64,000 nt of DNA from positions 22,066 through 86,065 of the forward strand of contig DATGVZ010000095.1 of assembly GCA_035299765.1 (NCBI GenBank), given 5' to 3'. Below the pieces are notes generated by a model. It was not told the DNA's origin. It was given only the letters and a program-made list of their open reading frames with translations, and made no database searches. This document shows positions 9,893-19,317 of this stretch, one piece after another (positions within the stretch are counted from its first letter, which is position 1; each line of letters opens with the position of its first letter). The position numbers and the translations under genes are program-made. Source of the DNA: Gemmatimonadales bacterium. GTDB lineage: Bacteria; Gemmatimonadota; Gemmatimonadetes; Gemmatimonadales; GWC2-71-9.

Positions 9893-12147
9893 CGCTTCGC
9901 GCCGCTCTCCGGATTGCGGCGCTCGCGGGGCAGGGGATCCTTGCGGCGACGGCGCGAGCGCAGGACGTCGTTCGCACACCTGCCGACCGTACGGCGACGT
10001 ATCACGCGGATTCCCTGCGTCTGTCCGGTAGGCCCTGGCATTTAGCTGAGAGCTTGCTCGCCGCAGCCAAACGCGATCCCAATCCCAACGCACTCCTGAT
10101 CGTCGAAGGCGCGAAGGCCGAAGTTCAGACGCGCCGCTTCGAGCACGCGCGCGCCTTGCTCATCGGTGCGCCATGGCTGAACGACTACGCCGACGGTGAG
10201 GCGCTCGCCGTGCTCGCACAGGCGGAGTACGGGCTCGGCCGGTACGCGGATGCGGCGGCGCATTTCGAGCTCGCGCGCTCCCGCGCGTCCGCCGCACGCG
10301 TGGCCATCCTCGCGGTGCGCGCCGGCCTCGCGTATGAGGGCGCCGGTCAGCCGGACAGCGCGGCCGCGGCATTTGCCGCAGGGCGTGCCGGCGGAAGCCT
10401 GGCGTCCATCGACATCTGGTTGCGACTTCGGCAGGCACGTGTCACGCGCGACACGGTCCTGGCGAGCGCGTTGCTCGACGGTCTCCCAGCCCCCGCCGCG
10501 CGCGACGTCCCGCTCGCTCGGGCCCGTTCAGTGCTGCTTTCGGGCGACACGACGCGCGCGCTGGACGCGCTCCGAGCGGCAGGGAAGGGTCTCGACGTGG
10601 CGCGCCTGGCGCTCGCAGTCGGAGACACCGCTCGCAGCCGCGCGGCGCTCTACGACTTGTTCGCGCGCGACCCTTTGAGCGACGATGCCGCCGCCGGCGT
10701 CGCGCTTGCGCTCGGTCCCCTGCCGCCGCACGCGGCTGCCGAGCATGTCGCGCTCGCGCGCGCGGTGAACCGCCGCACCACCGCACGGGACGCGCGGATT
10801 CACGTGGAGCGAGCGTTGCGGGCCGGTGATTCCAGCGCCGCGACGATGCTGCTCTACGGCGAGCTGTTGCTGGCAACCGGCCGCCTGCGCGACGCACTCC
10901 GCGCCTACGGGGCCGCAACTCGCGATTCAGAATTGGGCAAACTGGCGATCTATCGTCGAGCGCGAGTGCTCGTGCGCTTGGGCGACGCCGGCGCAATCGC
11001 GGCGCTGGCGGGATTCGCGCGCGACTTCCCTTCCGATACCGCGGCGCCGAGCGCGTTGTACGTGCTCGCCGACATGCTCGACAGCAGGGATGACTGGCCG
11101 GGTGCCTCGCGCTGGTACGGCGATCTGATCGGACGCTACGCCGCCGATCAGCGCGCCTCGCTGGCGCGTTTCCGTCTGGCCGCGCACGCGGAAACGATCG
11201 GACGCCTGGACAGCGCGTCAGCGCTGTACCAGGCTGAGATCGAGGCACCAGGAGGCGGCGCGCAGCGCACCGCGGCGAGATTTTGGCTGGGTAAGATGGC
11301 GCTGGCGCGCGGCGATTCAGCCGCGGCGCGTAACATCTGGTTGGCCCTCGCGCGCGAGGACTCGCTGGGCTACTACGGCATGCGGGCGCGCCGCGAAACC
11401 GGACTCCCGCCGCTCTCGTTCGCCGCACCGCTCTTGTCACTGACATTGCCGCCAATCGCTGCCGCCGCGGGACTTGCCCGCATCGATACGTTGTTGCTCG
11501 CTGGACTCGACAGCGAGGCGCTAGCGGAAGTGCGGGTCGTGCTCGCGCGCCCACCCCAGCAACTCGACGCGTTGCTCGCGTGGAGTGAGGGACTCGCTAT
11601 GCGTGGCTACGGATCGGCCGGCGTGCGGCTCGGCTGGCAAGCCGCGCTCCTGGCCCCGGGCGATGTGCGGGTGTTGCGTGCAATCTTTCCCTGGCCGAAT
11701 CGCGCAGCCGTCGAGGCGGAGGCGGACGAGTTCGGCGTCGACCCGTTGTTACTCACCGGCATTGTGCGCCAGGAGAGCGTGTTTGACGTCGCAGCGGTGT
11801 CGCCCGCGGGCGCGCGCGGCCTCGCGCAGCTGCTGCCCAGTACCGCGGCCCTGATGGCGCGTGGTCTGGACGTCTCCTTCTATCCGGACTGGATCACCGT
11901 CCCCGATCTCAACCTTCATCTCGGAGCGGCGCATCTCGCCGAGCTGCTTAGACGCTTCGGTCGCGCGGACGCCGCGATCGCCGCGTACAACGCGGGCCCG
12001 AGTCCGGTGCGACGCTGGCTCGACCGTGAAGGGGCGAACGATCCCGACAGATTTATCGAGTTGATCCCGTACCCGGAAACGCGCGGCTACGTCCGCAGCG
12101 TGTTGCGCAATCGCGAGTTGTATCGCGCGTTGTACGAACCGCCGTGA
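9889..12147 (+). CDS. lytic transglycosylase (SLT domain) with long TPR/superhelical N-terminal region
   Basis: C-terminal SLT catalytic motif GIVRQESVFDVAAVSPAGARGLAQLLPSTA..AYNAGP. The start overlaps the upstream stop by 4 nt. Confidence 0.85.
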   Translation: MTLRAALRIAALAGQGILAATARAQDVVRTPADRTATYHADSLRLSGRPWHLAESLLAAAKRDPNPNALLIVEGAKAEVQTRRFEHARALLIGAPWLNDYADGEALAVLAQAEYGLGRYADAAAHFELARSRASAARVAILAVRAGLAYEGAGQPDSAAAAFAAGRAGGSLASIDIWLRLRQARVTRDTVLASALLDGLPAPAARDVPLARARSVLLSGDTTRALDALRAAGKGLDVARLALAVGDTARSRAALYDLFARDPLSDDAAAGVALALGPLPPHAAAEHVALARAVNRRTTARDARIHVERALRAGDSSAATMLLYGELLLATGRLRDALRAYGAATRDSELGKLAIYRRARVLVRLGDAGAIAALAGFARDFPSDTAAPSALYVLADMLDSRDDWPGASRWYGDLIGRYAADQRASLARFRLAAHAETIGRLDSASALYQAEIEAPGGGAQRTAARFWLGKMALARGDSAAARNIWLALAREDSLGYYGMRARRETGLPPLSFAAPLLSLTLPPIAAAAGLARIDTLLLAGLDSEALAEVRVVLARPPQQLDALLAWSEGLAMRGYGSAGVRLGWQAALLAPGDVRVLRAIFPWPNRAAVEAEADEFGVDPLLLTGIVRQESVFDVAAVSPAGARGLAQLLPSTAALMARGLDVSFYPDWITVPDLNLHLGAAHLAELLRRFGRADAAIAAYNAGPSPVRRWLDREGANDPDRFIELIPYPETRGYVRSVLRNRELYRALYEPP

Positions 12148-12258
12148 ACGTCTTGACAGGTCGCAAATCGCCGGTCATTTCTAACCGCGCTCGGCACCAC
12201 GGCCGGGCAGGCATCCCAGATGGGCGCCCAGTGTGTGTGACTCTGCAGGAGGCGGATC

Positions 12259-12459
12259 GTGATCAAGGGAAAGGTGAAGTGGTTCAATGACGCCAAGGGA
12301 TACGGCTTCATTGAGCAGGAAGGCGGCGAAGACGTGTTCGTGCATTTCTCGTCGATTCAGATGGACGGCTTCAAGACGCTCGCCGAAGGTCAGGTGGTGG
12401 AGTTCGAAGTGAAGCAGGGGGACAAGGGGCTCCACGCCACGAACGTCGTGCGCGTCTAG
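12259..12459 (+). CDS. cspA: cold-shock protein (CspA family)
   Basis: [16 protein letters not shown] (RNP1) and DVFVHFS (RNP2). 66 aa, GTG start, GGAGG 7 nt upstream. Confidence 0.95.
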   Translation: MIKGKVKWFNDAKGYGFIEQEGGEDVFVHFSSIQMDGFKTLAEGQVVEFEVKQGDKGLHATNVVRV

Positions 12460-12483
12460 CGCGCGCTTCACCCGACCACTTTA

Positions 12484-12518
12484 CCCCGCCCGCGACGCTA
12501 CGGGCGGGGTCGTTGTTT
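12484..12518 (+). terminator. rho-independent terminator after cspA
   Basis: 9-bp GC stem ccccgcccg / cgggcgggg with an 8-nt loop, followed by tcgttgttt. Confidence 0.7.
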
Positions 12519-12530
12519 CAACCCCGGGGC

Positions 12531-15362
12531 ATGGCTCCGGGGTTTACTTTTCCCGCCATGCCGCCGCGCCCAGCGCCTCCGGTTCCCCCCACATCCGCCG
12601 GCCGTACCCGCGTCTTCCTGGTCGACGGCTATGCGCTGATCTATCGCGCCTTCTTCGCGATGATCGCGCGGCCGCTCACGACCGCGCGCGGCGAGAACAC
12701 GTCGGCGGTCTGGGGCATCACCAACTTCTTGCTGCGGCTCTACGAGAATTATCACCCCGAGTACATCGGCTGGGTGCACGATCGCGGGGTGTCGTTCCGG
12801 CAGGAGCAGTATCCGGAATACAAAGCCACGCGCGAGAAGCTCGGCGAAGAATTGCAGCAGGACTTCGACCGTTCCCTGGAGCGCGTCTGTCAGATCCTCG
12901 ATGCGTTCCGGATTCCGGTGCTCGCGATCGACGGTTACGAAGCGGACGACGTGGTCGCCACCTTGGCGGAGCGCGCGGCCAACAGCGGGATGCAGGCCGT
13001 GATCGTCTCGGGAGACAAGGACTTCTATCAGCTCATCCGCCCCGGGGTGGCGCTCCTCAATCCGGGCCGTGGAGGGCAGGCCGCCGTCGAAGAACAGTGG
13101 GTCGATCAGGCGAATGCGAGTGAGCGCCTCGGCGTCCCCCCGGAGCGCGTCGTCGACTACCTCGCGCTCGTGGGCGACAGCTCCGACAACATCCCCGGCG
13201 TGAGAGGGATCGGCGACAAGACGGCCATTCAGCTGCTCGAGGCGTATGGCGATCTCGATGCGATCCTCACCCGAGCGGCGGACATTCCGGGCAAGCGCCC
13301 GCGGGAAGCCCTGCTGTCCCAGGCGGACAACGCGCGGCTGTCGCGCCAACTCGTGACGCTGCTGCGCAACGTGCCGGTCGAGCTGGACCTGGAGCAGCTA
13401 CGCGTTCGCACACCGGACGCGGCTCGCCTGACTTCGCTTTTCAACGAGCTCGAGTTCCGCACGCTCATTCCCAAGCTTGCGGATCTCGAAAAGGTCAGTG
13501 CGGCGCCAGCGACTGACTCGGCGGTAAGTCCAGCGGCTGCAGTCCGGCCGCCGGAGTTGGCGGATCCGCACGCCGTCGAGGATGCCGCCGAGCTTCCCGC
13601 TATGCTCGCAGAGCTGCGTCGCGCGCGTCTTGTTTCCATCAGGGCCGAGCCCGGCCTGGCAGGGATGTCGTTCGCATCGGCGCCTGGACAGTCCTGGTAT
13701 CTGCCATTGCGTCACCGCGCGCGCGACGGCGATTTCGATGGCGCAAGTCCGCCGGTCAATCTGCCGGCCCTGGGCGATCCGAAGATGACGGGCCTGCGAG
13801 AATTCCTCGCCGATCCCACGATCCATAAAGCGGGCCACGACATCAAGGCAACATGGGTCGCGCTCGCGCGCAGTCGGGAGGGGGTGACGCTCGGCGGCGT
13901 GGTCTACGACTCCATGATCGCGAGCTTCGTGCTGGATCCCGGCAATCGCTCGCACGCCCTCGTCGATCTGGCGCGCGAGCGGCTGGGCCTCAACCTGATG
14001 GCGTCACAGCAAGTGGCGGGGAAGGGAACGTTCGCGGAGGTGTCTGTGGCCGAGGCGGCGCGCGTGTCGGCGGCGCAGGCCGAGACGGTGTTGCGGCTCG
14101 AGGAGGCGTTCCGGCCCGAAATCGAAGAGCATCACCTGGTGCGCCTGCTCGAAGAGATCGAAGTCCCGCTCATTCCGGTGCTTGTCGACATGGAGTCAAC
14201 CGGCGTGCTCGTGGATCGAGCGCTCCTGGGCGAGATCGCGCGCGGGTTCAACAAGGAACTGACCGGTCTCGAGCTCGACATTTACCGTGCCGCGGGCGGG
14301 GAGTTCAACATCAACTCGACGCCACAATTACGCACGATACTGTTCGAAAAGCTCAAGCTGCCGGTGCAGAAGCGCACCAAGACCGGTGCGTCGACGGACG
14401 TCGAGGTGCTCGAGCAGCTTGCCGCCATGGGTCATGAGGTCCCGCGCCTGCTCATCGAGTACCGCGAGCTGTCGAAACTGACGTCGACCTACGTCGACGC
14501 CTTGCCCGGCTACGTCAGCGCCGATACCGGTCGCGTGCACACGAGTTTCAACCAGACCGGTGCGGCGACCGGGCGGTTGTCATCGTCCGACCCCAACCTC
14601 CAGAACATCCCCGTCCGCACGCGTCGCGGCGGCGAGATTCGGCGTGCGTTCGTCGCACCACCAGGCCACTTACTGCTCACCGCCGATTACTCGCAGGTCG
14701 AGCTCCGATTGCTGGCGCACCTTTCCGATGACCCGGCGTTTGTAGCGGCATTTCAGCGCGGCGGCGACATCCATCGCCAGACCGCTGCCGTGATCTTCGG
14801 TATTCCCGAAGCCGACGTGACGACCGAGATGCGCGCGCGAGCGAAGACCATCAATTTCGCGACGATTTACGGGCAGGGGGCGCTGGCGCTGTCGCGACAG
14901 CTGGGCATCACGCTCGCCGAAGCGAAGGCATTCATTCAGCACTATTTCGAGCGGTTTTCCGGTGTTCGAGCCTGGCTGGATCGCACCATCGAGGAAGCGC
15001 GCCACAAAGGATTTGTCGAGACGCTCTTCGGCCGGCGACGTTATATCCCCGAGCTGCGTGACCGGAACTTCAGCATCCGCGCGTTCGGCGAGCGGACCGC
15101 GACCAATTCTCCATTGCAAGGGTCCGCCGCGGATCTCATTAAAATCGCGATGATCCGCATTCACGCCGCGCTCCAGCAGGCACAACTCCGTGCGAAGATG
15201 GTGCTCCAGGTGCACGATGAGCTCGTGTTCGAGATCCCCGAGAACGAGCGGACCGATGCCGGGGCTCTTGTAAAACGCGAGATGGAGGGGGTTGCGATTT
15301 TGCGCGTGCCGCTGCTCGTAACTATCGGTGCTGGAAAGAATTGGATCGACGCGAAGGGTTAA
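12531..15362 (+). CDS. polA: DNA polymerase I
   Basis: 5'-nuclease (VFLVDGYALIYRAFFA), 3'-5' exonuclease-like and polymerase domains (DYSQVELRLLAHLS, QVHDELVFE). I prefer a start at 12531 or 12558, because the ORF-track start at 12513 lies inside the cspA terminator. Confidence 0.9.
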   Translation: MAPGFTFPAMPPRPAPPVPPTSAGRTRVFLVDGYALIYRAFFAMIARPLTTARGENTSAVWGITNFLLRLYENYHPEYIGWVHDRGVSFRQEQYPEYKATREKLGEELQQDFDRSLERVCQILDAFRIPVLAIDGYEADDVVATLAERAANSGMQAVIVSGDKDFYQLIRPGVALLNPGRGGQAAVEEQWVDQANASERLGVPPERVVDYLALVGDSSDNIPGVRGIGDKTAIQLLEAYGDLDAILTRAADIPGKRPREALLSQADNARLSRQLVTLLRNVPVELDLEQLRVRTPDAARLTSLFNELEFRTLIPKLADLEKVSAAPATDSAVSPAAAVRPPELADPHAVEDAAELPAMLAELRRARLVSIRAEPGLAGMSFASAPGQSWYLPLRHRARDGDFDGASPPVNLPALGDPKMTGLREFLADPTIHKAGHDIKATWVALARSREGVTLGGVVYDSMIASFVLDPGNRSHALVDLARERLGLNLMASQQVAGKGTFAEVSVAEAARVSAAQAETVLRLEEAFRPEIEEHHLVRLLEEIEVPLIPVLVDMESTGVLVDRALLGEIARGFNKELTGLELDIYRAAGGEFNINSTPQLRTILFEKLKLPVQKRTKTGASTDVEVLEQLAAMGHEVPRLLIEYRELSKLTSTYVDALPGYVSADTGRVHTSFNQTGAATGRLSSSDPNLQNIPVRTRRGGEIRRAFVAPPGHLLLTADYSQVELRLLAHLSDDPAFVAAFQRGGDIHRQTAAVIFGIPEADVTTEMRARAKTINFATIYGQGALALSRQLGITLAEAKAFIQHYFERFSGVRAWLDRTIEEARHKGFVETLFGRRRYIPELRDRNFSIRAFGERTATNSPLQGSAADLIKIAMIRIHAALQQAQLRAKMVLQVHDELVFEIPENERTDAGALVKREMEGVAILRVPLLVTIGAGKNWIDAKG

Positions 15363-15459
15363 GCACGCCTCTTGCAGGAACGGAGTGCAGTGCCCACAAT
15401 AGGGGCGTCGATTCGGGGCTTGCCGGATCGGCGCCCTTTCGCGCCCGGAGGGTAACGCT

Positions 15460-15837
15460 GTGAAGGCACGCGGTTTTACACTGATCGAGCTGCTGATCGT
15501 GGTAGTGATCATCGGGATCCTGGCGGCAATCGCGATCCCGAAGTTCGCTAACACGAAGCAGAAGGCCTACGTCGCCCAGATGAAGTCGGACCTCAAGAAT
15601 CTGGCGACGGCGGAGGAGGCCTTCTTCTATGACAGCACGTACTATACGAGCAGCCTCGCCCAGCTCAATAATTTCAGCGCATCGACTGGCGTGACGCTGA
15701 CCGTGATGCAGGCAAGCCCTATGGGGTGGTCCGCCCAGACCGTTCACTCGCAGACCGCGAGGATGTGCACCCTCTTCGAGGGGAATGCGACGCCGATACC
15801 GCCCGCCACTGTCGAGGGCCGGATTACCTGCACCTAG
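15460..15837 (+). CDS. pilA: type IV pilin (prepilin-type N-terminal methylation domain)
   Basis: MKARGFTLIELLIVVVIIGILAAIAIPKF with a G|FTLIE cleavage/methylation motif. There is a C-terminal Cys pair. Confidence 0.85.
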   Translation: MKARGFTLIELLIVVVIIGILAAIAIPKFANTKQKAYVAQMKSDLKNLATAEEAFFYDSTYYTSSLAQLNNFSASTGVTLTVMQASPMGWSAQTVHSQTARMCTLFEGNATPIPPATVEGRITCT

Positions 15838-15875
15838 AGCCGCCGTATCGGGAATTCCAACGCCGCCGTGAGGGG

Positions 15876-16112
15876 ATGCGCTTCGCCCTGAACGGCGGCG
15901 TTTGGCTTCATCGGCATAAGATCGACGATGAGCCGATGGTGCATCTGGTGAGCTCTGATAAGGAGAAGCTCCTGGCCTTAGGGCGCATGTTGGGCTTCCA
16001 CTCGCGCTGGCTGCAGTACAAACCGCTCAAGGACCCTGATACGGGAATCCGCGTTCCAGCCTGGCACTGGGATGTGCTGGGGGAGAAGCTGCGGCTCTTG
16101 GACCCTAAGTAA
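15876..16112 (+). CDS. small conserved hypothetical, DUF4031-like (tentative)
   Basis: ORF 15726..16112 trimmed to MRFALNGGVWLH, since the upstream part overlaps the pilin gene. The pattern MVHLVSSDKEKLLALGRMLGFHSRWLQ..WHWDV resembles DUF4031. Confidence 0.5.
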   Translation: MRFALNGGVWLHRHKIDDEPMVHLVSSDKEKLLALGRMLGFHSRWLQYKPLKDPDTGIRVPAWHWDVLGEKLRLLDPK

Positions 16113-18375
16113 CGTCTTCGACTTCGCGCCGGGGCGCCCTGACTCCCGGCCACCAATTCCATCGGCCGGCGATGTGCATGATCGCGGGCACGAGGACCAT
16201 CCGGATCAACGTGGCGTCCAGCAGCACCGCGATTGCCAGGCCGAATCCGATGAACTGCACGGCGAGCACGCGCGCAAACGCGAACACGCCGAAGACCGCG
16301 ATCATGATCGCGGCTGCGAACGTGATAGTAGAAGCGGTCGCCGATAGCCCTTCCATCGTCGCGTGATCGTTCCGCCCGGTCTTGTCGAACACCTCCTTGA
16401 TCCGGGTCAGCAGGAACACCTCATAATCCATCGACAAGCCGAATACGGTGGCAAACACGAGCACCGGTACCACGACGAAGATCGCCTCCGTGGGTCCCTC
16501 GAGCCCGAAAAAACTGGCGCCGTAGCCGTGCTGAAATACGAGGACCGTGATGCCGAACGCCGCGCTGACCGACACACAGTTCAGGACGACGGCCTTGAGC
16601 GGCACGAGCACGGAGCGAAAGGCGAGGAACAACATGATCGCGGTCACGCCGAGGATCATCGCGACGATACCGGGAAAGCGCCGCAGCAAGTGCTGCTGGA
16701 GATCGAGACTCGATGCCGCGAAGCCGCCGACGTCGATTTCCGCTCCTTTGAGTCGCACACCTCGCGCGATGACGGCGCGCACGTGTCTCGTCAGGTCCAT
16801 CATTCCCATGAGCGAGACGGTGTCGACCGCGATGACGTCCATCAGCGTGGTGCGGCGGTCAGCACTCAGGTACGCGTTGAAGAACTCGGGGTAGCGATCG
16901 CGCACGGAATCGGGGTCGCTGTAGAAGATCGCGAGCTGCAGCGTGGACATCTCGGGGCGCAGCGTCGCGACGCCGCGCACCTCGCGCACACGCGGATCCT
17001 TGCGAATCGAATCGCTCAGCGCTTTGAGTCCGGGCAGCCGTCGGCCCGACAACGCCGATTCTCCCGGCGGGAGCTGCACGACGACCCGCAGCGGTTGAAT
17101 CACGCCGCTCGCCCCCATGTCACGCAGGGCGGCGAGCGCCTGCCCGGACTCCGCTTCCGGTGGAAACCAGTTGCGGGCCGGCAGGCCAATCCTGATCTGT
17201 GTCATAGGAAAGGTGAGGACCGCGACGGCGAGGCCGCCGCCCAGAATCGCGCGCCAGGGACGGTGACCGAGGGTTCGCGCCCATCGCTCCCACCCGGTCG
17301 GAGTGTGAATGCGCGCGAGTGGCCGGGCGAGCCACTTGGGCCGGTCGATGTTACGACCCAATATCGCCAACGCGGCCGGCAAGAACGTCGTCGCGAGCAG
17401 CACCGCCACGCCGACGACGACCAACCCTCCCACGCCCACCGAGCGCGTCTCGGTGAGCGGTGTCAGGATCAGCGCCGCAAAACCGACGACGACCGTCACG
17501 CCTGACGTGACGACGGCCGAACCCGCGGTCTGAATCGTTCGCACGGCTGCATCGACGGGTGCGAGGCCGCGGTTCAGCTCCTCGCGAAAGCGTGTCACGA
17601 TGAGCAGCGAGTAATCGATTCCGACGCCGAGGCCCACCATCGTCGTGATGTTGAGCACGAAGACGGACATCGTCTGGAACTGCGCCGCCACCGCGACGAT
17701 GCCGAGTGCGATCGTGATCGCCAGCACGCCGACGATGATGGGCAGCGCGGCGGCGACGAGCGCGCCGAACGCGAGCACCAAGACGGCGAGCGTGAGTGGC
17801 AGGACGCGCTCCTCGCCGCGCCGCGTGTCCTCCGCGCTGATCGTCCGCACGTCGTAGTCGAGGGCGGGGTTGCCGGTGACTTTGACGTCGAAGCCATCGG
17901 CGTGCGGCAACCGCGCGAGCGTGCTGCTGATGGCTTCGCGCAGGTCTGGCACGACGGTGTGGCTGACGTCGCTCGTGCTCGCCGGCGTCAGGGCGGCGAT
18001 GAGAAAGGTCGTGTGCCGATCGTGGCTGACGAAGGTCGATTCGCCGATCGTGCGCACGGATACGACCTGGCTGATGTATGGCTTGCGCGACAGCGCGGCG
18101 GAGATCGAATCGAGCACCACCGCGAAGCGCGGATTCGTGTACCGCACCGGCCCGTGCACCACCACGGCGACGTACTCCGCGATGGGGTTCGGAAATGCCT
18201 GGCGGATGCGCTGCGAAGCGCGAGCCGATTCGCTTCGCTCGACGGCTGTGCCGCGTACGGCAAGGACGCGCTGCACGTGAGCTGCTTTCGGGACGAAGAG
18301 CAGCGCGAGAAGCGCCCACGCTGCGATCACCCAGCCGCGCCAGCGTATGAGCGTTCTCGCAGGTAACGCGATCAC
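16105..18375 (-). CDS. MMPL family (RND superfamily) membrane transporter
   Basis: 756 aa with two 6-TM bundles separated by soluble loops and typical MMPL sequence (GIDYSLLIVTRFREEL, GLSMDYEVFLLTRIKE). Confidence 0.9.
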   Translation of the reverse strand: MIALPARTLIRWRGWVIAAWALLALLFVPKAAHVQRVLAVRGTAVERSESARASQRIRQAFPNPIAEYVAVVVHGPVRYTNPRFAVVLDSISAALSRKPYISQVVSVRTIGESTFVSHDRHTTFLIAALTPASTSDVSHTVVPDLREAISSTLARLPHADGFDVKVTGNPALDYDVRTISAEDTRRGEERVLPLTLAVLVLAFGALVAAALPIIVGVLAITIALGIVAVAAQFQTMSVFVLNITTMVGLGVGIDYSLLIVTRFREELNRGLAPVDAAVRTIQTAGSAVVTSGVTVVVGFAALILTPLTETRSVGVGGLVVVGVAVLLATTFLPAALAILGRNIDRPKWLARPLARIHTPTGWERWARTLGHRPWRAILGGGLAVAVLTFPMTQIRIGLPARNWFPPEAESGQALAALRDMGASGVIQPLRVVVQLPPGESALSGRRLPGLKALSDSIRKDPRVREVRGVATLRPEMSTLQLAIFYSDPDSVRDRYPEFFNAYLSADRRTTLMDVIAVDTVSLMGMMDLTRHVRAVIARGVRLKGAEIDVGGFAASSLDLQQHLLRRFPGIVAMILGVTAIMLFLAFRSVLVPLKAVVLNCVSVSAAFGITVLVFQHGYGASFFGLEGPTEAIFVVVPVLVFATVFGLSMDYEVFLLTRIKEVFDKTGRNDHATMEGLSATASTITFAAAIMIAVFGVFAFARVLAVQFIGFGLAIAVLLDATLIRMVLVPAIMHIAGRWNWWPGVRAPRREVEDVT

Positions 18376-18465
18376 CTATGATCCAAATACATGCGGGCCA
18401 CAATCATAGAGACGCGCAGAGTGCAAAGCTAGCGTCGGGCCCTGAGATTTTCGCATATTCCGCGC

Positions 18466-19317
18466 ATGGTAGAGCGTCGACTCACGGGAATGATCGCAGC
18501 CGCCGGGGTGCTGATCGTCCTCTTCATTTTCTGGGACGTGTTCCGGCCCGCGCCTCGCGTCGTCGACAGCTCCGCAACGCCTGCCGTCGACTCGATTGCT
18601 CGACCGATCGCGCCGCCCCCGCCGCCCCCGCCGCCCCCACAGCCGCCCGCTGCACCACAGCCGGTCGCGCCGGCGACGACGACCTCCGAGGGCACCGCGG
18701 GCCCGACAGTTCCAGCGGGGCGTCAACCGACGTACTTCGATCTCCTCGCCCGTTCGGAAACGCGACGCCGCATTCGCCTGACTGGAGCGAGTACGTACCT
18801 GGGCGAAATGCTGGCGGCGAGCGAAGACTCGATGCTCCGCCGTTGGGACAACAGACAGCAGTCACCGGTCCGCGTATGGTTTGCCCATACGAACGCCGCT
18901 AACTTCAAGCCCACCTTCCTCGATCAGATCCGGGCCGCGTTCGGCGAATGGGTGAATGCGGGTGTCCCCATCCGTTTCGACTTCGTCGCCGACTCGACGC
19001 AGGCCGAGGTCACGGTGAAGTGGCGCATTCAATTCGAGATCGAGCGCACGGGCCAGACCGACGTGACGTGGGACGACCAGGGCCACATTCAATCCGCGGT
19101 CCTAACCCTCGCGACCTTTGATCCCAAGGGCCGGCCCATGGAGCCGGGCGACATCCGCGTCGTCGCGATGCACGAAGTCGGCCACGTGCTCGGCCTCGAT
19201 CACTCGAAGGATTCGACGGACATCATGTTTCCGACCGCAAAGGTGCGAGACCTGTCGGACCGTGACGTCCGCACCGTCCGTCTGCTGTATGAGCTCACGC
19301 CGGGGAGCCTTCGTTGA
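18466..19317 (+). CDS. membrane-anchored matrixin-family zinc metalloprotease with poly-proline linker
   Basis: N-terminal TM helix, a run of nine prolines, and the HEVGHVLGLDHS zinc motif. Confidence 0.85.
   Translation: MVERRLTGMIAAAGVLIVLFIFWDVFRPAPRVVDSSATPAVDSIARPIAPPPPPPPPPQPPAAPQPVAPATTTSEGTAGPTVPAGRQPTYFDLLARSETRRRIRLTGASTYLGEMLAASEDSMLRRWDNRQQSPVRVWFAHTNAANFKPTFLDQIRAAFGEWVNAGVPIRFDFVADSTQAEVTVKWRIQFEIERTGQTDVTWDDQGHIQSAVLTLATFDPKGRPMEPGDIRVVAMHEVGHVLGLDHSKDSTDIMFPTAKVRDLSDRDVRTVRLLYELTPGSLR

Noticed and set aside
8495-10093. 532-aa minus-strand ORF
   Set aside because: It is antisense to the GWxTD and SLT genes, has no recognisable motifs and is Arg-rich. I treat it as a shadow ORF.
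12498-13349. 283-aa minus-strand ORF
   Set aside because: It is antisense to the polA 5'-nuclease domain, whose identity is unambiguous.
15363-15459. Sigma-54 promoter upstream of the pilin gene (ggcgccctttcgcg has GG-N10-GC spacing)
   Set aside because: Only the GG/GC dinucleotides fit. The flanking TGGCAC/TTGCW consensus is not matched, and such spacing arises easily by chance in GC-rich DNA.
18376-18409. 7-nt inverted repeat ctatgat..atcatag in the MMPL / matrixin divergent spacer
   Set aside because: It is short, has a 20-nt gap and has no supporting second site. It could be an operator but is indistinguishable from chance.
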